DNA from: Podarcis gaigeae
Taxonomy: Eukaryota
Assembly: GCA_964106915.2 (NCBI GenBank)
Contig: OZ066918.1
Length of the DNA stretch: 64,000 nucleotides
Direction: 5' to 3' (one strand)
This document shows positions 1-14,658 of the stretch, piece after piece. The position numbers and the translations under genes were made by a program. The notes under the pieces are model-generated. The model was not told the DNA's origin and ran no database searches. It saw only the letters and a program-made list of their open reading frames with translations. Within the stretch, counting starts at the first letter, position 1. Every line of letters begins with the position of its first letter.

Positions 1-68
1 CTTTCGCCCAACATAACCCATGACCCTGAATTAAGAGTCTCATGTTCTACCAACTGAGCTGTCCCAGC
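1..68 (-). mobile_element. tRNA-Lys-derived SINE head (truncated by the window edge)
   Basis: The reverse complement GCTGGGACAGCTCAGTTGGTAGAACATGAGACTCTTAATTCAGGGTCATGGG has an A box and a CTT anticodon loop, with a degraded B box. Confidence 0.7.
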
Positions 69-378
69 CTTGCACCCTAGGCAAGGATAACTATCTGCAC
101 CCACCCACAAAATGTCTTGCAGAAATCATAAATTTACTATATAAAAATAAACTGTTGTAAATTTATAAGGCATAACCAAAACTAATCCATATAAAACTGT
201 GCCCCTCAAGGGACAGTATTGTGCCCCTCTGAAGTCTGCACCCTAGGTAGCTTCCAAGTTGGCCTTACAATAGCACCAGCCCTGGGTTGCTTCCAGAAAG
301 TTCCCCGGGAAAGAATGCAGAAAGAATGCATCTCCCTGGGTGATCATTAAGCCCTCTGGCAATTCAGATGCTGCAGGG

Positions 379-976
379 TGTCACAGACAGCCTGGACGCA
401 GAGGAATGGTGGCAGAAACCAGCTGGGGAACCCCAAAGGAAGAAGGCTCAGAGACCATGGACTGGTGGTGGGATAACAATGGGTGGTCAGAGGGAGAAGA
501 CTGGGAAGAGGAGGTGTCAGGAGCTGAAGAGACAACTGGGCTCAGTGGGTTGGAAGAATCTGTGGCAGAGAGAAATCTAGAATCAGAGGCAGAAGCTGAA
601 GCTGAAGCAGGTGAGTGGATAGGCCAGACCAAGAGGCAGAGATGAGTCTGGCTACTGAAAAGTCATGGGTATCTCCACCTCCTGCTGTAACAAGCAATCG
701 TCCCTGCAGGTCTCCCAGAACCAGAAGAGGCATGAAAAAGGAGGAGAGCCTGGTTGCATGCAGATGCCATATCTGATTGCTTGGGGGGAAACTATGCAGA
801 GAAGGGGACTTAAGAGGAGGCAGGGACTGATTTTCATGGAGTAAGACCACAGGGAATGAGCTGCTGTGCTTTTCAGGCCTCACACTCAACCAAGTCTGTG
901 AGGATAGTGTTTTGCTACTAGATAGTTAACTCCATCTTTGAACTGTGTGATTACTGACCATCACGCTCATGTGACA
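379..976 (+). mobile_element. Solo LTR-like element (Gypsy-type)
   Basis: TGTCACA...TGTGACA 7-bp inverted termini, about 600 bp, purine-rich interior. No clean TSD (AGGG vs CTGT). Confidence 0.6.
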
Positions 977-3900
977 CTGTGGTGCAACTCCAGTCACTTC
1001 TGACCACTGGCCAAGCTAGCTGGGGCCGATGGAAGCTGGAATACAGCCACAGCTATAGAGGGCCATGGGGCCCTGCGACTTGGTTGTTGTTGAATCTAGG
1101 GTGCATATACAAATCAAGTTGAGTGTACTGGGGTGGAGCTATTAAGATCCCACGTCCCTGGCCCTGGAAATGGCAAACATTGGGAGCCCACCTGTCATGG
1201 AGCAGAAGATCTGAACGGCAAAGGCTCCAAGAGGTGGCGAGAACAGCGTCTCCTCCCCAGCCAGTCAGGTGAGAAGCTGGAGACGTCATTAACAGCCTCG
1301 GTTCTGCCTCCTTGTAAACAAACACGGCTCCGGGAGGGAGGAACAGCCTCTGACCCCGAGCTGCTTGTGGGATGGCCCTGCTGCCCTTCTCTGCGAGAGG
1401 AGGAGTGGAGAAGAAAAGCAGGATGCTTAAAAGGGAAACAAACAAGATAGCAACAAGGAGCGGGCGGGGAGGGGGGGCGGAAGTGGTCAGAAGAGCAAGT
1501 GCAAGAGGAAAAAATCTCTTAGTATTCCACTGGAAATTAAAACATAATTGAGATAGAACCTTAGGGGTGTTCCAAGCGCTTAAGTACAACAGCACTGCAA
1601 GGTAGGTCAGGATTTTGTCTCTCTTTGCGTTCAAAGTGCTCTAGAATGCGGGTGCTCAGCGATCTTTCGGGGTGCCTTGGCGGGAAGCCCCGTTGGTTTT
1701 CATTCTAAGCAAAGCACTTTAGCATTCTAAGCAAAGACAAACGCCTGCGTAACAGTGCACACTAATATGAGTCCACGCGGAAGGAAGGCTCATTTTCAAC
1801 AAGGCTTATTCCCAGATACGTGTGTGCAGGATTGCAGCTTAGGAGTTTTCTGCGGTTCCAAAACCTACATCGGTACAGAAATCGGTCAAATAATACTTAT
1901 CCCCTTTGCCGGCTAAAATAAAGGGTCTCCCCCCGCTTCAAAATATGCCCATCTTCTTTCCTTCTGCTTCCATTATGCCCGTGGTTGGAGAAAGATCCAG
2001 AGTCAAAGCCTTTTACAAACTTGAAAGAGTTTGCTCCAGTGTAGTTCAACCGAGTGACTGCTCCAGTAAACAACTGCAGGTAGTTTGGTAGATAACGCGC
2101 GCACACAAATATATACATAGAAATAAACACACACACGCGCGCGCACACACAATTTGTCTGTCTCTATGTGCAGCCAGGGAAGAGGTTTTGATTATTACTT
2201 TTTGCACAGGTATTAACCAGAACATTTTATTTCAACCGGGACCGATCCATAAGAAATGTTTCAGCCTTTAATGAATTCAACTCACATGTAAAATGCAATG
2301 GACACGCTAATGGAGGGAGGGCGGTGGGTTCGATCCTGTGCACGTTTCCTTCGAAATAAGTTCCGCTGAGGGCGGGTTATTCCCAAGTGCATAAGTTTTC
2401 AGCTTTGAATTTCACCCCAACCTGCAAAGATGTCATAAAACTGCGATCCTGAGTACATTTGTTTGGAAGCAAGTGCCACTGAAACCATCCTTAGGGTGGG
2501 GAAAATCACACAGACAAAACTGGAATATGTATTCTATATGTGCTTAATTTTTGTTCCTTCTTTAAAGAAAGCCACCAAAGCCCAAGTTCATCACCTTTTT
2601 CGGATCTTGCGAGATATATAACTTTGGACTAACTTCAAAGTCCTGAGAGGTGCTAGTATTTGCTAAGCTTTAACTATTTCACCGCTAACAGTTTCGGCGA
2701 CTGTCACTGATCGATATCCATTGAAATGTTTTGTCACAGAAGTCTGGATCGGGTGAACTAAAAACATCAAAAGGTTATATGATCCTCCTACTGTTGAAAA
2801 ACGATGGCATCACTCCTATTGGTTTTGACGGTACTCTGTTAAATAAACTCTTAGAGAATGAAAGTGTCCTTTTGGAACAAAGTGATGTAATGAGCATTTT
2901 TAATAAGAAGTAAAACAACAAAAAACATGGTCTTTGAATGAGGGATCTAACTCTTTTTATTGGGTTACCATTTCTTTTTTCTCTCCACCCCCCTCCCGCT
3001 TTAGTCTAATTCTTTATTAAGAGCTACAGGGTTGTGAGAAAGCACCAAGCACCTTTACATCTCAATTTTTCTTCCCTGACATTGGCGGCGGAGGGGGCGG
3101 GGAGCGGGAGAGACGGGTTCCCTATGTGTCAAGGTTGTAAATTTCCTTTATTGGTTACAGACTGGACAAAGTCCAGGCGAGGCATCCTAGAAAGCTTCTG
3201 GAAACATAATGAGTGGACAATGGGGCCCAAATGTTATAAGCTCTCCGGAGCAACCGCAATGAAATTAGCAAGTAATTACAAGCTTCATTGTTTATGTAGC
3301 AGACAGTTTAGAAAGGGGGGGGAGGGATGGAAATTCAGGAGATATACCTGGTGTGATAAAATACTGTGCGTGAAAGGTGTGCCCCTTTTTTTTAATCACA
3401 TCGTAATTATTTTTAAATAAAACTTTCCCATGCAAACTCTGATTGGTATCTCATAGGCATGCTAACAAATATATTTGCAAATATATTTCTTTCTTTTCTG
3501 GTCGGGAAAGCAGTGACCGAAAGAAGCGAGGTTCAACTTTTTGAAACTTCCAAAGCTGCATAAGGAAAGCATTACCGAAACATATTGTCAGCGCAGTTTC
3601 CCAGCCAGGATTTGCAGTTACCCGCAACCTAAGCACTTTGACTTTCGCTGTAATGTACTTGCAAGTCAAGACGTTTATGGCGTTCCTCTTGGGCACACGC
3701 TCCTTGGAAAGGAGTCCCAGGGAAGTCAATGGCAGACTTCCAAGCCATAGATCTCGGGGAGGAACGTCAGCGAAGCCGAGTTGCAAGTCGATGTGCCTCG
3801 GGTGGCAGTTAAAATTGATTTGAAGTCAATAAACGGGTTGCGGACAGCGATGTTGAACTCTTATTGCACCTACTAAAACTGAATTACGGTGTAAATGCAA

Positions 3901-4030
3901 GCATGTCTACAACACGTAAGTGTTGCGTGCAAGTGAGTGACTTTAAATCTACGTGGAGGGCAGGCGAGCCAAAACAGGATTCCTCGACAGTCAGTCCCAC
4001 AGAGTCTATGAAGCTTATTGCTTTACAAAA

Positions 4031-4210
4031 CCGCAACAGTACCTATGTTTACCTGGGTGTAAGTCCCATGAAACTCATTGGGGCTTACGTCTTCGTATCC
4101 CTGCATAGAATTATGTCCCTTGGTGCTTCTTAGAAGGACCTGCTCGGAAATAAGTGTCATTGACTTCAGCGCGACTTACTTCTGAGTAGGTGCTCATGGG
4201 ATCTGACTGT
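4031..4210. mobile_element. Two tandem palindromic MITE-like copies
   Basis: TTTACCTGGGTGTAAGTCCCATGAAACTCATTGGGGCTTAC and CTCGGAAATAAGTGTCATTGACTTCAGCGCGACTTACTTCTGAGTA. Confidence 0.55.
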
Positions 4211-7200
4211 CAGATAGTTCATCTTCTAAGCAAGATTTTCTCTAATGAATATATATATATATTTTAAAAAAATGTTCTACCATTCCTCCTTACAACAAAT
4301 AACCCGTTTCCTTCCCTGGGGAGTTTGCGAAGGAAGCGGGAAGAAAGTTCAGCTTGCAATCTCTCTCTCCCGTTCATGGCAGAGTACCAAAGGAAAGTCT
4401 GTCGTCACTGTATTTGCAAAAGCCTCGTGGCTGACCTTCTTCCAGATCGCCCCCCCCCCGCCCCCATTTCTACTTAATCGGCGCTGTGATCCTCTGACTC
4501 GTCCTGCCTCGGAGGTGGCGATCCCTGACTCATTTTCCTCTAATTTGGCCAGCGATGGCTTTCCTTTCGTTCGTCAACACACAGCTTCCCAAGAAAAAGG
4601 CGAATCAGAAATTGAAACCTGCGCTCTTTTCCTAATTAACTGTCCAGTTCGACGGATGTTTACTCAAAAGTAAATCCCGTTGCCTTCAAGGGGTTTACGC
4701 CTGAGCAAATGTGCCTGGAGGTGCAACCTAAACCACCTTTGCTGGTGGCCTGCAGGCTTCCAGCCCAACTCAGGATCATTGGCTACACGCTTCCTTGGGA
4801 GTAAACGTCCCATGGGGCTTCCGACCGAATCAAATAGATACTTTTCTTATTTGTAGTAGCCTCTCCCCCCCCTCCCAAATTTCCGTTGCTGGTTTAAATT
4901 CCCTAGGGAATATCAGGTACCTGCGATCATCTACACGCTTACTCGAAAGTAAAAAACAAAACCCACCAATGGCCAACTTCCAATTAAATATGTTTCGTAT
5001 CGCTATGCGGTAGGCGAGCAATATTACTGGAGGGCATCACTAATCCCTGAATTTTAAGTGCACGTGTGTCCTGAGCGAATCAGCCACGCGGCAGTAAATT
5101 AACAGAAAAGCTCGTTTCAGCCTATAGGGGAAAAGATGGATACTTCTGCACCAGGTGTGACACGTGTCAGCAAAGCACATAAATGCTGAACTGCGGTATT
5201 GTTTTCAGGCTACCTGGAGCTCTGGGAGAGTGACATTCTATTTTGTAAAAAAAAAAAAAAAATCGAGTGTAAACTCGTGAGAAATCATTGGGACTTATTT
5301 CCGATTCAAGGTGCTTAGACAGCAAAGTACACCTGAAACTGTCATTTGCAAGCCGCCCCCCCCTACCTCCGATATGAATGGGAATTGCGCAAAAACGCTA
5401 CGGTCCCAGCCAAGAGGGCATGCGTGAAACAAATTCCCAACTGATCGATGCGAACATACTTCCCAACGCGATCCAACAGCCAAGCCTGAGTATTCATTAT
5501 ACATTATTAGCAAAATTATTGTTGTTTTCTTTCTTACCCCACCCCCTTCATCAGAAAAAAGGTCCCTGGGCGGGTCATAACACATTTTTTAAAACCCACA
5601 ATACAATTAAATCCTTTGTGCTTCGGCTGCAACTGATGACGATTAAGGTTCCTAAATGCATTTGCTTTCAAAAAAAGCAGCGGCTGAATTGCTTCTAAAC
5701 AAACCTTTTGAGAATCACGCTATTAGGGGCGCGATAATTTAAACTGGAACCGCCTGGCTTTAGAGTCTGAAATTCATCTGTTAGAATCTTTACGCGGTGA
5801 GTTGGGATGTGTTAATGATCGGCAGTTAAACGTGTCCACTTTCCTGATGGGGAAACTGAGAACTAGTGGAGCTGTTCACAGCCACAGCCACAGCCATCCA
5901 CTCTGCCCTATTCTACACTGGTTCACACCCAGAGGATACTGCAGTGTAATATCCAGCGAAGAGAATGTTAGAAGAGTCTGATGGAAAATAGGTTTTCTAT
6001 CAGGCCACCATCTTTGGGCAGATCTCTCAGTTTCCATATCCACAAAATGGGATATTAAAAACAGACCATGTACTCTGAGGACGTGAGAAAACTCTTTGAG
6101 CTCCGAAAGTCCGACTTCCGAAATAACCAGAGCAGCACGCTAATGCAGATAGCAGTTGTTTTCTAAAGCGCCAAACATTCTGCTGTAGAAAGGAATGCCT
6201 TTACGTGGCTAGAAGAAAGGTAGTTCACAAAATGTGAAGGCTTCGCCCTCCCAGGTTATTTACATACATATAGCAGTGCATCAAAGAACTCTTACTCGCG
6301 GAAAGACCAAAACGAACAAAATTCATTACAACGGAATCACATTGCTGTTTACTAACTAAACAGCTTGATTTCTCCAAGAATTGGAGCTTTTATTGCCTGG
6401 TAACAAGAGCAAAAAAAATCAAATTACGAATTTATTATTTTTTAAAGTCATCGTCCGCATATGGATCCTTCATTTTCATTCTAACTCAAGGGTTACAGGA
6501 GGGCAATGAAAATGCAGGTTTCCTCCCCCACCCCAGTCACTGCAAGTTCAAACGGAAGACGTTCATGACCAATCAGCACTAACAGCTACGTGCATCCCGT
6601 TTGCGCAAGAATACATCCATATGAGTGTCGTGTGTACGCATAGGGAAATATACCGAATGGGTTGCGAGGGCGAAAGGAGGGCGAAGCTTCCCTTTCCCCA
6701 GAGAAAGAGCCTTGCCTTACAGAGATGCTCTGTAACCTGCACGGAACTAAGACACCAGCCCCAGCGAAGGAGCCACGTTTCCACCCAACCCAGTTCCTCC
6801 TGACACTCCTGCGAAGGGAGCCGGAAATCCTAGAAAGCCTTACTCGGGAGCAAGCGACCCTGAACTCATTGAGGAGAGAGGGTGCTGGCTGCACCAGCAG
6901 TCAGGTTTCTTCGAGCGAGGGGTTGAGCTGCCTGCTGAAAAATATTAAGAAGGAACCCTTTTGACTCCCTGGGTGGGGTGAGGCTTTTCAAAGCTTCTAA
7001 GTCGTAAGGGGAGGTCGAAGGCGTCTAGCAAACCCAACTCCCAGGTTGCCTATTGAAAGAGAAGCCTCACCTCCTTCCAACTTAACTGTTTAAAAGGCGT
7101 TTGGCGGAGAGGGGTGAGGAGAATGCATCCTTAATGCTTGGATACCCCATAAAACAGAAGTGCCAAAATCCTGTGCACAGAAGTACACGTATACCTAGGT

Positions 7201-9369
7201 ATGGACATACAGAATACAGTACCAATCTACAGCTTCATACAAGGCAATATATCCTGGGCATGCTGATTTGTTTGGGAGTAAGTGATCTTTTTTACGAGTG
7301 GGCCTGACTACATCGGCCTGCAAATGCCACGGATCCACCGGATCTTATTTCAGTCTGCGTTCTAGACCACACAGGTCCTATCCTACATTATCAACCCGTT
7401 CATTCTTTTATTCTCTTATTCTTCCTCCTCAAGCATTAGCAGCATTTGAGTCTGGTTCCTCGACACATGCGTGGCTCGCTACTAACATTTCCTGTGCGCG
7501 CGCGCGCTCCTGCACATTCGCTGCTGCGGGTTTCCTGGCCCTCGGTTTTTTTCTCCCTGTTTGTTTGTGTTCGGGTGTGCGTGCGAGAGAAACAGAGAGA
7601 GAGAGACAGAGAAACAGAGCGCGCGCGTGTGCTTTCCATCTATGGATTCCCTTGTATTCTACCAGTTAAACGGCCGCCTCTTTGACCAGCAACTAGCAAT
7701 CACCCGACATTAATTTATACGGGCTTTTACAAATACCTAAGCCATTTAAAATGCTGCGCTGGGGTTGTTGTGTGTGTGGCAGGGAACATCTATCTATTGA
7801 ATAGGCGGTGTCACACGGTAGCAGGCTCCCTTGTCAAGGGTGATTGTGTTTTAGGCAAACATTTGAGCAAACATAAAGGCAAAGGTCAAGGACTGTTCAG
7901 TTGCAGGGTGCGCTTAATTCACCTAGCTAGCCAATGGGGGCAAAAGTTGCGTTTTCTGCTAGTCCCACAGACCAAAGCGCGGAAAAACGGCATTAATCCC
8001 AGGGATCGCTTGTTTCTTCCATCACCCTGCACACTGTGCAAGCTTTGGTTGGGGGGCGGGATGGTGGGGTAGAGGGACCTCCGCCCCAGGCGAACTCTAT
8101 CCCCAGCGCATGTCAAAGAATCTATTTTGTTGCAAAGGAGCAAGTCCGTAGTTTTAATGTGGAAACGCCCCACTACCCTCTTTTATTGTTTATTTCTTCC
8201 CCAGGAAGGGAAAGGAGGAGGACTTTACGCTCTCTTCCCAGTTTTCGGAAAGAAAAGTCGGAATCAGCATCCAAAGAAACCAGAGTCTTCCAACCCAGCC
8301 AATTACATGGGACACAAATATGATGTCATATTTTACGCACTTACGAGCGAGGCATCTGAGATGGATACTGGAGAAACAACCACCAAGGGCAGCAACAGGA
8401 AAACGTGTCCAAGAGAAAGAGACAGGCAGGCGCAGGTGGGCTGCCAACAGGATCTTAAGCACCATGACCAGAAGCAAATCCGGTGCGTTGAGTTCAATGG
8501 GAGTTACTCCCATATAGTGGTACTTAGGGCCGCTCCCAGGAGACGCAGGGAAGCCGGAGTCCTTGCATTTAGACGAAATCCACCATCCTGAACCGACAAG
8601 CCAGTCAAAACAAAGCACTAAACCAAGACTCCGGTTTTATTTCACATGTTAAATGGGCTTCTATTGTAGCTTCCACTGAGTTCTGTGGAGGGGGGGGGTT
8701 ATGTCTATGCTATGTAATGCGGTTTCACTCCGAGCTAATCTGCTTGGGTAGTATTTTCTCGGCGGCTGGGATTATTTTGCTTAAATGGGGGGCGGGAGGG
8801 GGGATCTTTCCTATCTGGAGACTGACGAGGCACAGCGCAAAGGAAATGGCTGTGCATGTAACGTAACACACATAAACAGTTCTTAAAAATGAAGCTAACT
8901 CCCCAGATCACCCGCGTGGCTTCTCCCTTTGAATAAATAGCCCTGTTTGAACCAATGGCTGAGCTTCTGGAGAAGAAACCTCGCGCGCGTGTAGGACTTT
9001 GGCTAATACATTCGACCCTCGGCGTCGTGGACTTGAGTGGAATCCGGTGTGTGATGCTGACGATATGATTACATGGCACTATACATTGCAAAAGGCGCAG
9101 CTGCACACAGGCTTTTTGACGAGGGAACTGGCAGCTTGTCTTACAACTGGATCCTACGCACGTTTACTCGGAAGTAAGCGCCACTGAGCTGAGCGGTATG
9201 GATCCTCTTAAAGCAAACGCCATGAATTTTCGCCACGTATATTCACACAATGCACTGCTATTATTTACTACATAGTTTTTAATTAGCAAATTCCTTTTAC
9301 AATATGTCTTGTTTGCCCCAACAACAACAACCCTGCTAGTTGGGTCAGTTTTGTTTTTCTCATAGGCCA

Positions 9370-9400
<31 letters not shown>

Positions 9401-11485
9401 GGATTCCTGCAGTCCAATCATAGAAAGTTTGGCCCTACGTATACATGCTTTGAATGGGAAGTAGGTCCCATTCAATTCAATGCGGCTAAATTCTAAGTAA
9501 GTGGCAGTAGGACTGCACCTATCGTTTACTTCCAGGTGTGACTCGGATCGGGGCCTAAGATGCCACCCTTCTTCCCACAATATATCAAATAAATAAAAGA
9601 AAACCACGAGCCCACCGGTCCCCCATGACATATTGAATATCATCTCATTCAAACATATTAAAATCCCACTCCCTAGGAACCCACTGAAGTGGGAGATTGG
9701 GGTATAAAGCATCTTGATTTAGTTTGAAAATAATCCCGAAGTGAAGAGAATAGGGGAAAAATAAAATAAACAACAGCAAATCAAATCTAAACAGGATCCA
9801 AGACATACACAAATCATATCTCTATATGAAATGAGTTGGGAGAACATAAGCAATCCATCAGCTATGTATCTAGTATGTACATCAAGCATTTAAAAGGGGG
9901 GGAATACACTTGAAAATACACCGAGGTAAAACAAAATGAAAGATGAAACTTACCCCATGTGTCCATCAAAAACAAACACCACCAACCCCCACCCCGATTT
10001 CCTCCTTCCTTTTGCAGACACTTCCTGCTTCCTGGCCCTAGAGTCAATAAGGATTACTACAAGGAGGAGGACCGGGGGGGGAATATAAATAAAAATGCAG
10101 AGAGATATAGAGAGAGTGTGTGACTTGCTGCAAGTTTGGAAAAATAGTCATCAGAGCAGCTGGGGTCTCCAGGCAGGCTGCGGCTGTTTCTCTGAGATGG
10201 CCCAGACCCCGGCTTCGCCCCGCCACCTGGGCCGTCTCATAAGCTGCAAAAAAAAAAAAAAAAAGTTTTGGGGAGCGAAGCGAGCCAGTGCAAAGTTGTT
10301 TCCAGTCGGGACACAATCAATGTTTTGCTTGCTCCTTGTTGGCGCTGGGGGATTTTTTTTTTTTTTACACGCACCTCTCATTTCAGTTAACTTTTTAAAG
10401 ATTAGAAAAAGGAGCTTTAGTTGGAGGGGGGGAGCTGTATGGGGTTTTTCTCTGTGTGTGTGTGTCTTTCTCTCTCTCCTCCCTTCCGGGAGACTTTCCT
10501 CGTTATTCATCTGTTTAGTCTCCTCCGCCGCACAAAAGACTATCAGCTGCGTTATGAAAAATGGTCTAAGCCTAGAGAATGTCACAGTGGTCGACTTATT
10601 ATTTTAGCCTCCTTCTTTAAAAAAAAAAAAAAACTCGGGGAAAGTTTGCTTTTGATGAATTCAATAAGAGCGGGGCTTCAGCGGAAGAGATTTTAAGAGA
10701 AAATCATACAGCATGGGGCCACAGCTTAGAACAGCCAGATGGCCCGATAGGTAGACTCGGCTGACTCTCCCTGTTGCCACAGCCAAGAGATAGAATTACC
10801 AGGCTTCAGCTTCTTAGCTATCTCAGCCCCCCACCCTTCCAGCTCCTAATCTACCTTCACTGCCACTATGACTTGTTTTGGGGGGGACGGACTTATATTC
10901 ACATTACTATATAACATTTTCATATTTTATATATGGAAAATCGTTATTGTTGCTGTTGCTGTTATTTCTTCTAGGACTTTTGGTTTTGGGCAGGACTTTA
11001 GGTTTATTTTGATGGGAGCGGGGTGGTTTAAGGAAACAGGTTCAAAAGAGTCAATGGGTTATTGGATAAAGGATAAATCAGATCCTTATTTTAATCTCGG
11101 GTTCCTTCTGACTTGTAAGGGCGCGGAGGGAAAATTGATGTAAGTTGGTCGAATTTTCTTTGTCAGTTATTTGTCCTCCCTAAACCTTTCCCTAGTTTTT
11201 GTATGGCTGTCTGGGGTAGGGTGGGGGTGATTCAGACAGACAGGAAGGAATGGTTGGTGTTTTATTTGAGCCCCAAATCCCATGCCCACTTGTTTGGAAG
11301 CAAGTCCCGCTGCATTAGTAGCTAGGATTGCTTCAAAGTAAATAGGTGCAGGGCTGAACTACACGCCCCTATCCATATTTACCTGGAAGTCAAAGCGACC
11401 CCCCCACACACACATACAAGTAAATGAGCCTCGGATTGCAGCCTTCAACAAATCCAGACTAAGAAATCCAATTTATCCTAGGGAG

Positions 11486-11580
11486 CTGCAGATTCATGTG
11501 ATGAAGTGAACTGTGGTCCCCGGAAGCTTATGCCTCGAGAAATCGGTCTGTCTTCAAGGTGCCACAAGATTCTTTGTCAT
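11486..11580 (+). mobile_element. Penelope-like element terminal fragment
   Basis: TGATGAAGTGAACTGTGGTCCCCGGAAGCTTATGC...TCTTCAAGGTGCCACAAGATTCTTTG resembles the reptile Penelope end. Confidence 0.6.
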
Positions 11581-12669
11581 TCACTCATTCAATGCATCCA
11601 TTCTTTAGAAAGACATAGAAACACTCTTGTTTACTTTCACTGCTTTCCTCGCTTTTTTGTTTTTGTTTGGGCCGTTTAACTTCTGATCTCCCTTTTGTGC
11701 CCACTGAAGCGAAGGTCAGGAGAGACCCTTGCCCCCCGGGAGGACTTGTATCCACGGAGAGAAGTGGCCATCCCAGGGAATAAAGATCACCAGCCTCTCG
11801 CCCTCTCGAGGTGAGCTCGCTCCTTCTCCCAGTGACCGCCTTCTTGCTCGCTCCCGAAGTCACACTCCAGGCCAGTCTCTGGGTACCTCCAAGTCTCTTC
11901 GGAAACAAATGCCCTTCACCTTTGCCCTCGTCCCCTGGGAGAGGTGGGGAAGAATCCCAGGCTTCCCCGGGGGCTCGGCTAAAGGGCTGTCCCTCGTTTG
12001 GCTCCATCAACATTCAGCCATGGAGGAGGCAAGTAGCTCGACTGCACCCACCCACACGCGACCTCGAGGTCAAGGGCTAAAGTCTGCCTTGGTCAATTCA
12101 ACTGCCTGGCAAGTTGGCCACCAAATGCATGCCATCAAGCGAGGAGGACCTTGAAGACAGCTCCTTGTGCCTCTGTAAAAACTAAATAAATAAAATAAAT
12201 AAAGTATGTAAGTAGTGGCCAGACGCTGATCCTGATGCCTCGCGTTGCAAAAGGAGTAGCAAAGGTGTGGCACCGCTGTAAGGGACCTGAAGTTTAAATA
12301 GGATTCGCTGTTTCTCTTTCTCCCATCCTTGCTTCCCAGTCCCGTGTCCCTTGCATTGCAAACGATAAGGAATCTCATTCGTGTATGTGATTTATTCTAT
12401 CAGGCCATTCATTTATATTCTGTACACCCTGCTTTTAAAGGTAGTCCCCCTCAAGAGTCTTGGGGGAGACGCTGGGCTACAGATATAGATGTTTCCAGCC
12501 CCTCAAAGACTTTTGGGTAAGATGGGCTGCGCGCGCGGGTTGTCTTTGAGCAGCTAGCTTGCTTCCCAGCCTCAGTTTCCCCCCAGCAGTAAAACGGACA
12601 TTGTGTTTACCTGTTTTTTACAGAGCTGTGACTACGGTATGTAAGCCAAATGACGTGAAATAACTTTAA

Positions 12670-12760
12670 GGCTGCAATCCTCCAGACACGTCCCTAGGAG
12701 GAAGTTCAGTGAACGCAGTGGGGCTTACTTCTAACTAGGCAGCTATAGGACAGCACTGCA
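12670..12760. mobile_element. Palindromic MITE-like copy
   Basis: GGCTGCAATCCT...AGTGAACGCAGTGGGGCTTACTTCTAACTA...ATAGGACAGCACT. Confidence 0.55.
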
Positions 12761-12954
12761 AAAGCATTTTATTACATTGAAAATGATGCACTGAAATGGT
12801 TACTTCTTTTACAGCGGCAGGCTGTTAGTGCCAATCCCCCATTTATAGTTTTGCATTTGGCAAAAGTGCAGAGTTAAAACTCGGGGAGATCTTTCTTGAA
12901 GTATTCTCCCCTCCCCAAGTAGAATTATCACTATACTATACCATCAAGTCAGGT

Positions 12955-13025
12955 TTCTACCTCTCAGTCTCTCCTTTCCATCCGTGAAATGGGAATAATA
13001 CTGACAGTACAGTACCTCAAGGCAC
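12955..13025 (+). mobile_element. MIR-like core fragment
   Basis: CTCTCAGTCTCTCCTTTCCATCCGTGAAATGGGAATAATA...TACCTCA. Similar traces occur at about 6020-6060, 12570-12600 and 13570-13595. Confidence 0.4.
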
Positions 13026-14320
13026 AAACTAATTGTCTCCTGTTTTGTATTTCAAGAGCGAATAAGTAATAAGGAGCTGTTTTGAAATCCAAATTTTATT
13101 ATATNNNNNNNNNNNNNNNNNNNNNNNNNNNNNNNNNNNNNNNNNNNNNNNNNNNNNNNNNNNNNNNNNNNNNNNNNNNNNNNNNNNNNNNNNNNNNNNN
13201 NNNNNNNNNNNNNNNNNNNNNNNNNNNNNNNNNNNNNNNNNNNNNNNNNNNNNNNNNNNNNNNNNNNNNNNNNNNNNNNNNNNAGCTTCAGGCAAAAACT
13301 GAGTAAATGAAAAATTCCCTCTTTACTGCTTACAGTGCTCTCATAAAGAATAAAATGTTGATAAACTTTACATAATAAAGTCTGCCTTCTCTTCCCTGTT
13401 TACTTAATCCAATGTTCTGCAGGAGTTGATATCCCCAGGATCAGAAACATAAGTTTGTCGCAAACGCAGGACTTTTATCTCTGTGGGAGCACTGGTGGAG
13501 CTAAAAAGTCAATCTACAGTTCTTACGAGAGAGAGAGATGCTGATGATGTTTCTATATTGCTCGTACAATTTTACAAATAGAGAAACTGAGACTGGGAAA
13601 TAAAATGACAAATCCCTTCAGATTTTCGGAAGGTTTGCTACTGACACTAATAGGGAGGGATTTGCCCTTGGCCACCGTTCCTCTTTAAGAACTGGACCGA
13701 TTGTAACACACCGGTCACTCGAAGTTCTCATTGTTTGGAATAAGAGGTACTGGGGTCAGGCCTAGTTGGGAGTCGTGTGCTGTGTCCAGTGATTCTCTCC
13801 TGGACCCTCTCCTTCTTCTCCCATTGTTTAGAGTGGACGTGAAGGGGGGGACTCTGAACATGCTCAAATGCTCCCTGGTTTTTGTTATTTCTTGGACGTG
13901 CCAGACTGACTACGAGAGTTGAGAAACCGGCTGATCTAGAGGGACCCCCAACACAAATTTTACCTTGATGAGTTCGAGCATCAGTTCTCCAGAACCCATG
14001 AATTATTGGTCTCTAATGAAGATGAGAGTAATAAGGCTCAGTAAAACAAACTTCCTATGACGACTGAGGATGTTTTTCACCTGCAAGTCGTCGCTTGAAG
14101 TCGTGGTTACAGGTGGTGACTCAAATGAGTTCACACTAATTTTGACACGCCACATGTGGATGTCCAGTTCACAAAAAACTGTTGCTACCCCTGATAGCTA
14201 TGTTGCACGGCTGAAATCCTGTCATTTCTCTCATGTAAACATTATGTGGAAGTGGATATGTTGAATATTATTCATTGGTTTGCATTCTGCAATATTGGGA
14301 AAAACATTTTAAAAGAGAGA

Positions 14321-14530
14321 CAGTGTAAGCTATTGGTTAGAGTGTTGACCTGGGAGGCCATGATTCAAACCCCCACTCAGCTATGAAACTCACTGGGTGA
14401 CCTTGGGCTAGTCACACGCTCTATCAAACAACCTACCTCACAGGCTTGTTGTGACGATAAACTGCGAAGGAATCAGGTATGCCACCGTAAGTTCCTTGAC
14501 AGAAAGTTGGGATATGAATAGTAACAAATA
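14321..14530 (+). mobile_element. Older Squam3-like CORE-SINE
   Basis: Degenerate A and B boxes, CTGGGTGACCTTGGGCTAGTCAC core, ACCTACCTCACAGGCTTGTTGTG and an A-rich tail. Confidence 0.75.
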
Positions 14531-14658
14531 AGTGGTGCGTAGTCTATATAAACATTGCATACCCACTATCTACTAATGCGCATATTTAATAATTGATATA
14601 CAACAAGAACTTTCCAAGTCCCACTTACTTCAACTGGAATACTTAAGTGTGGGCTTAA

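Noticed and set aside
1-68. tRNA-Lys gene
   Set aside because: The T-arm/B box is broken and there is no acceptor stem, so a SINE head is the better explanation.
340-645. Acidic 101-aa ORF
   Set aside because: It lies within the purine-rich interior of an LTR-like element.
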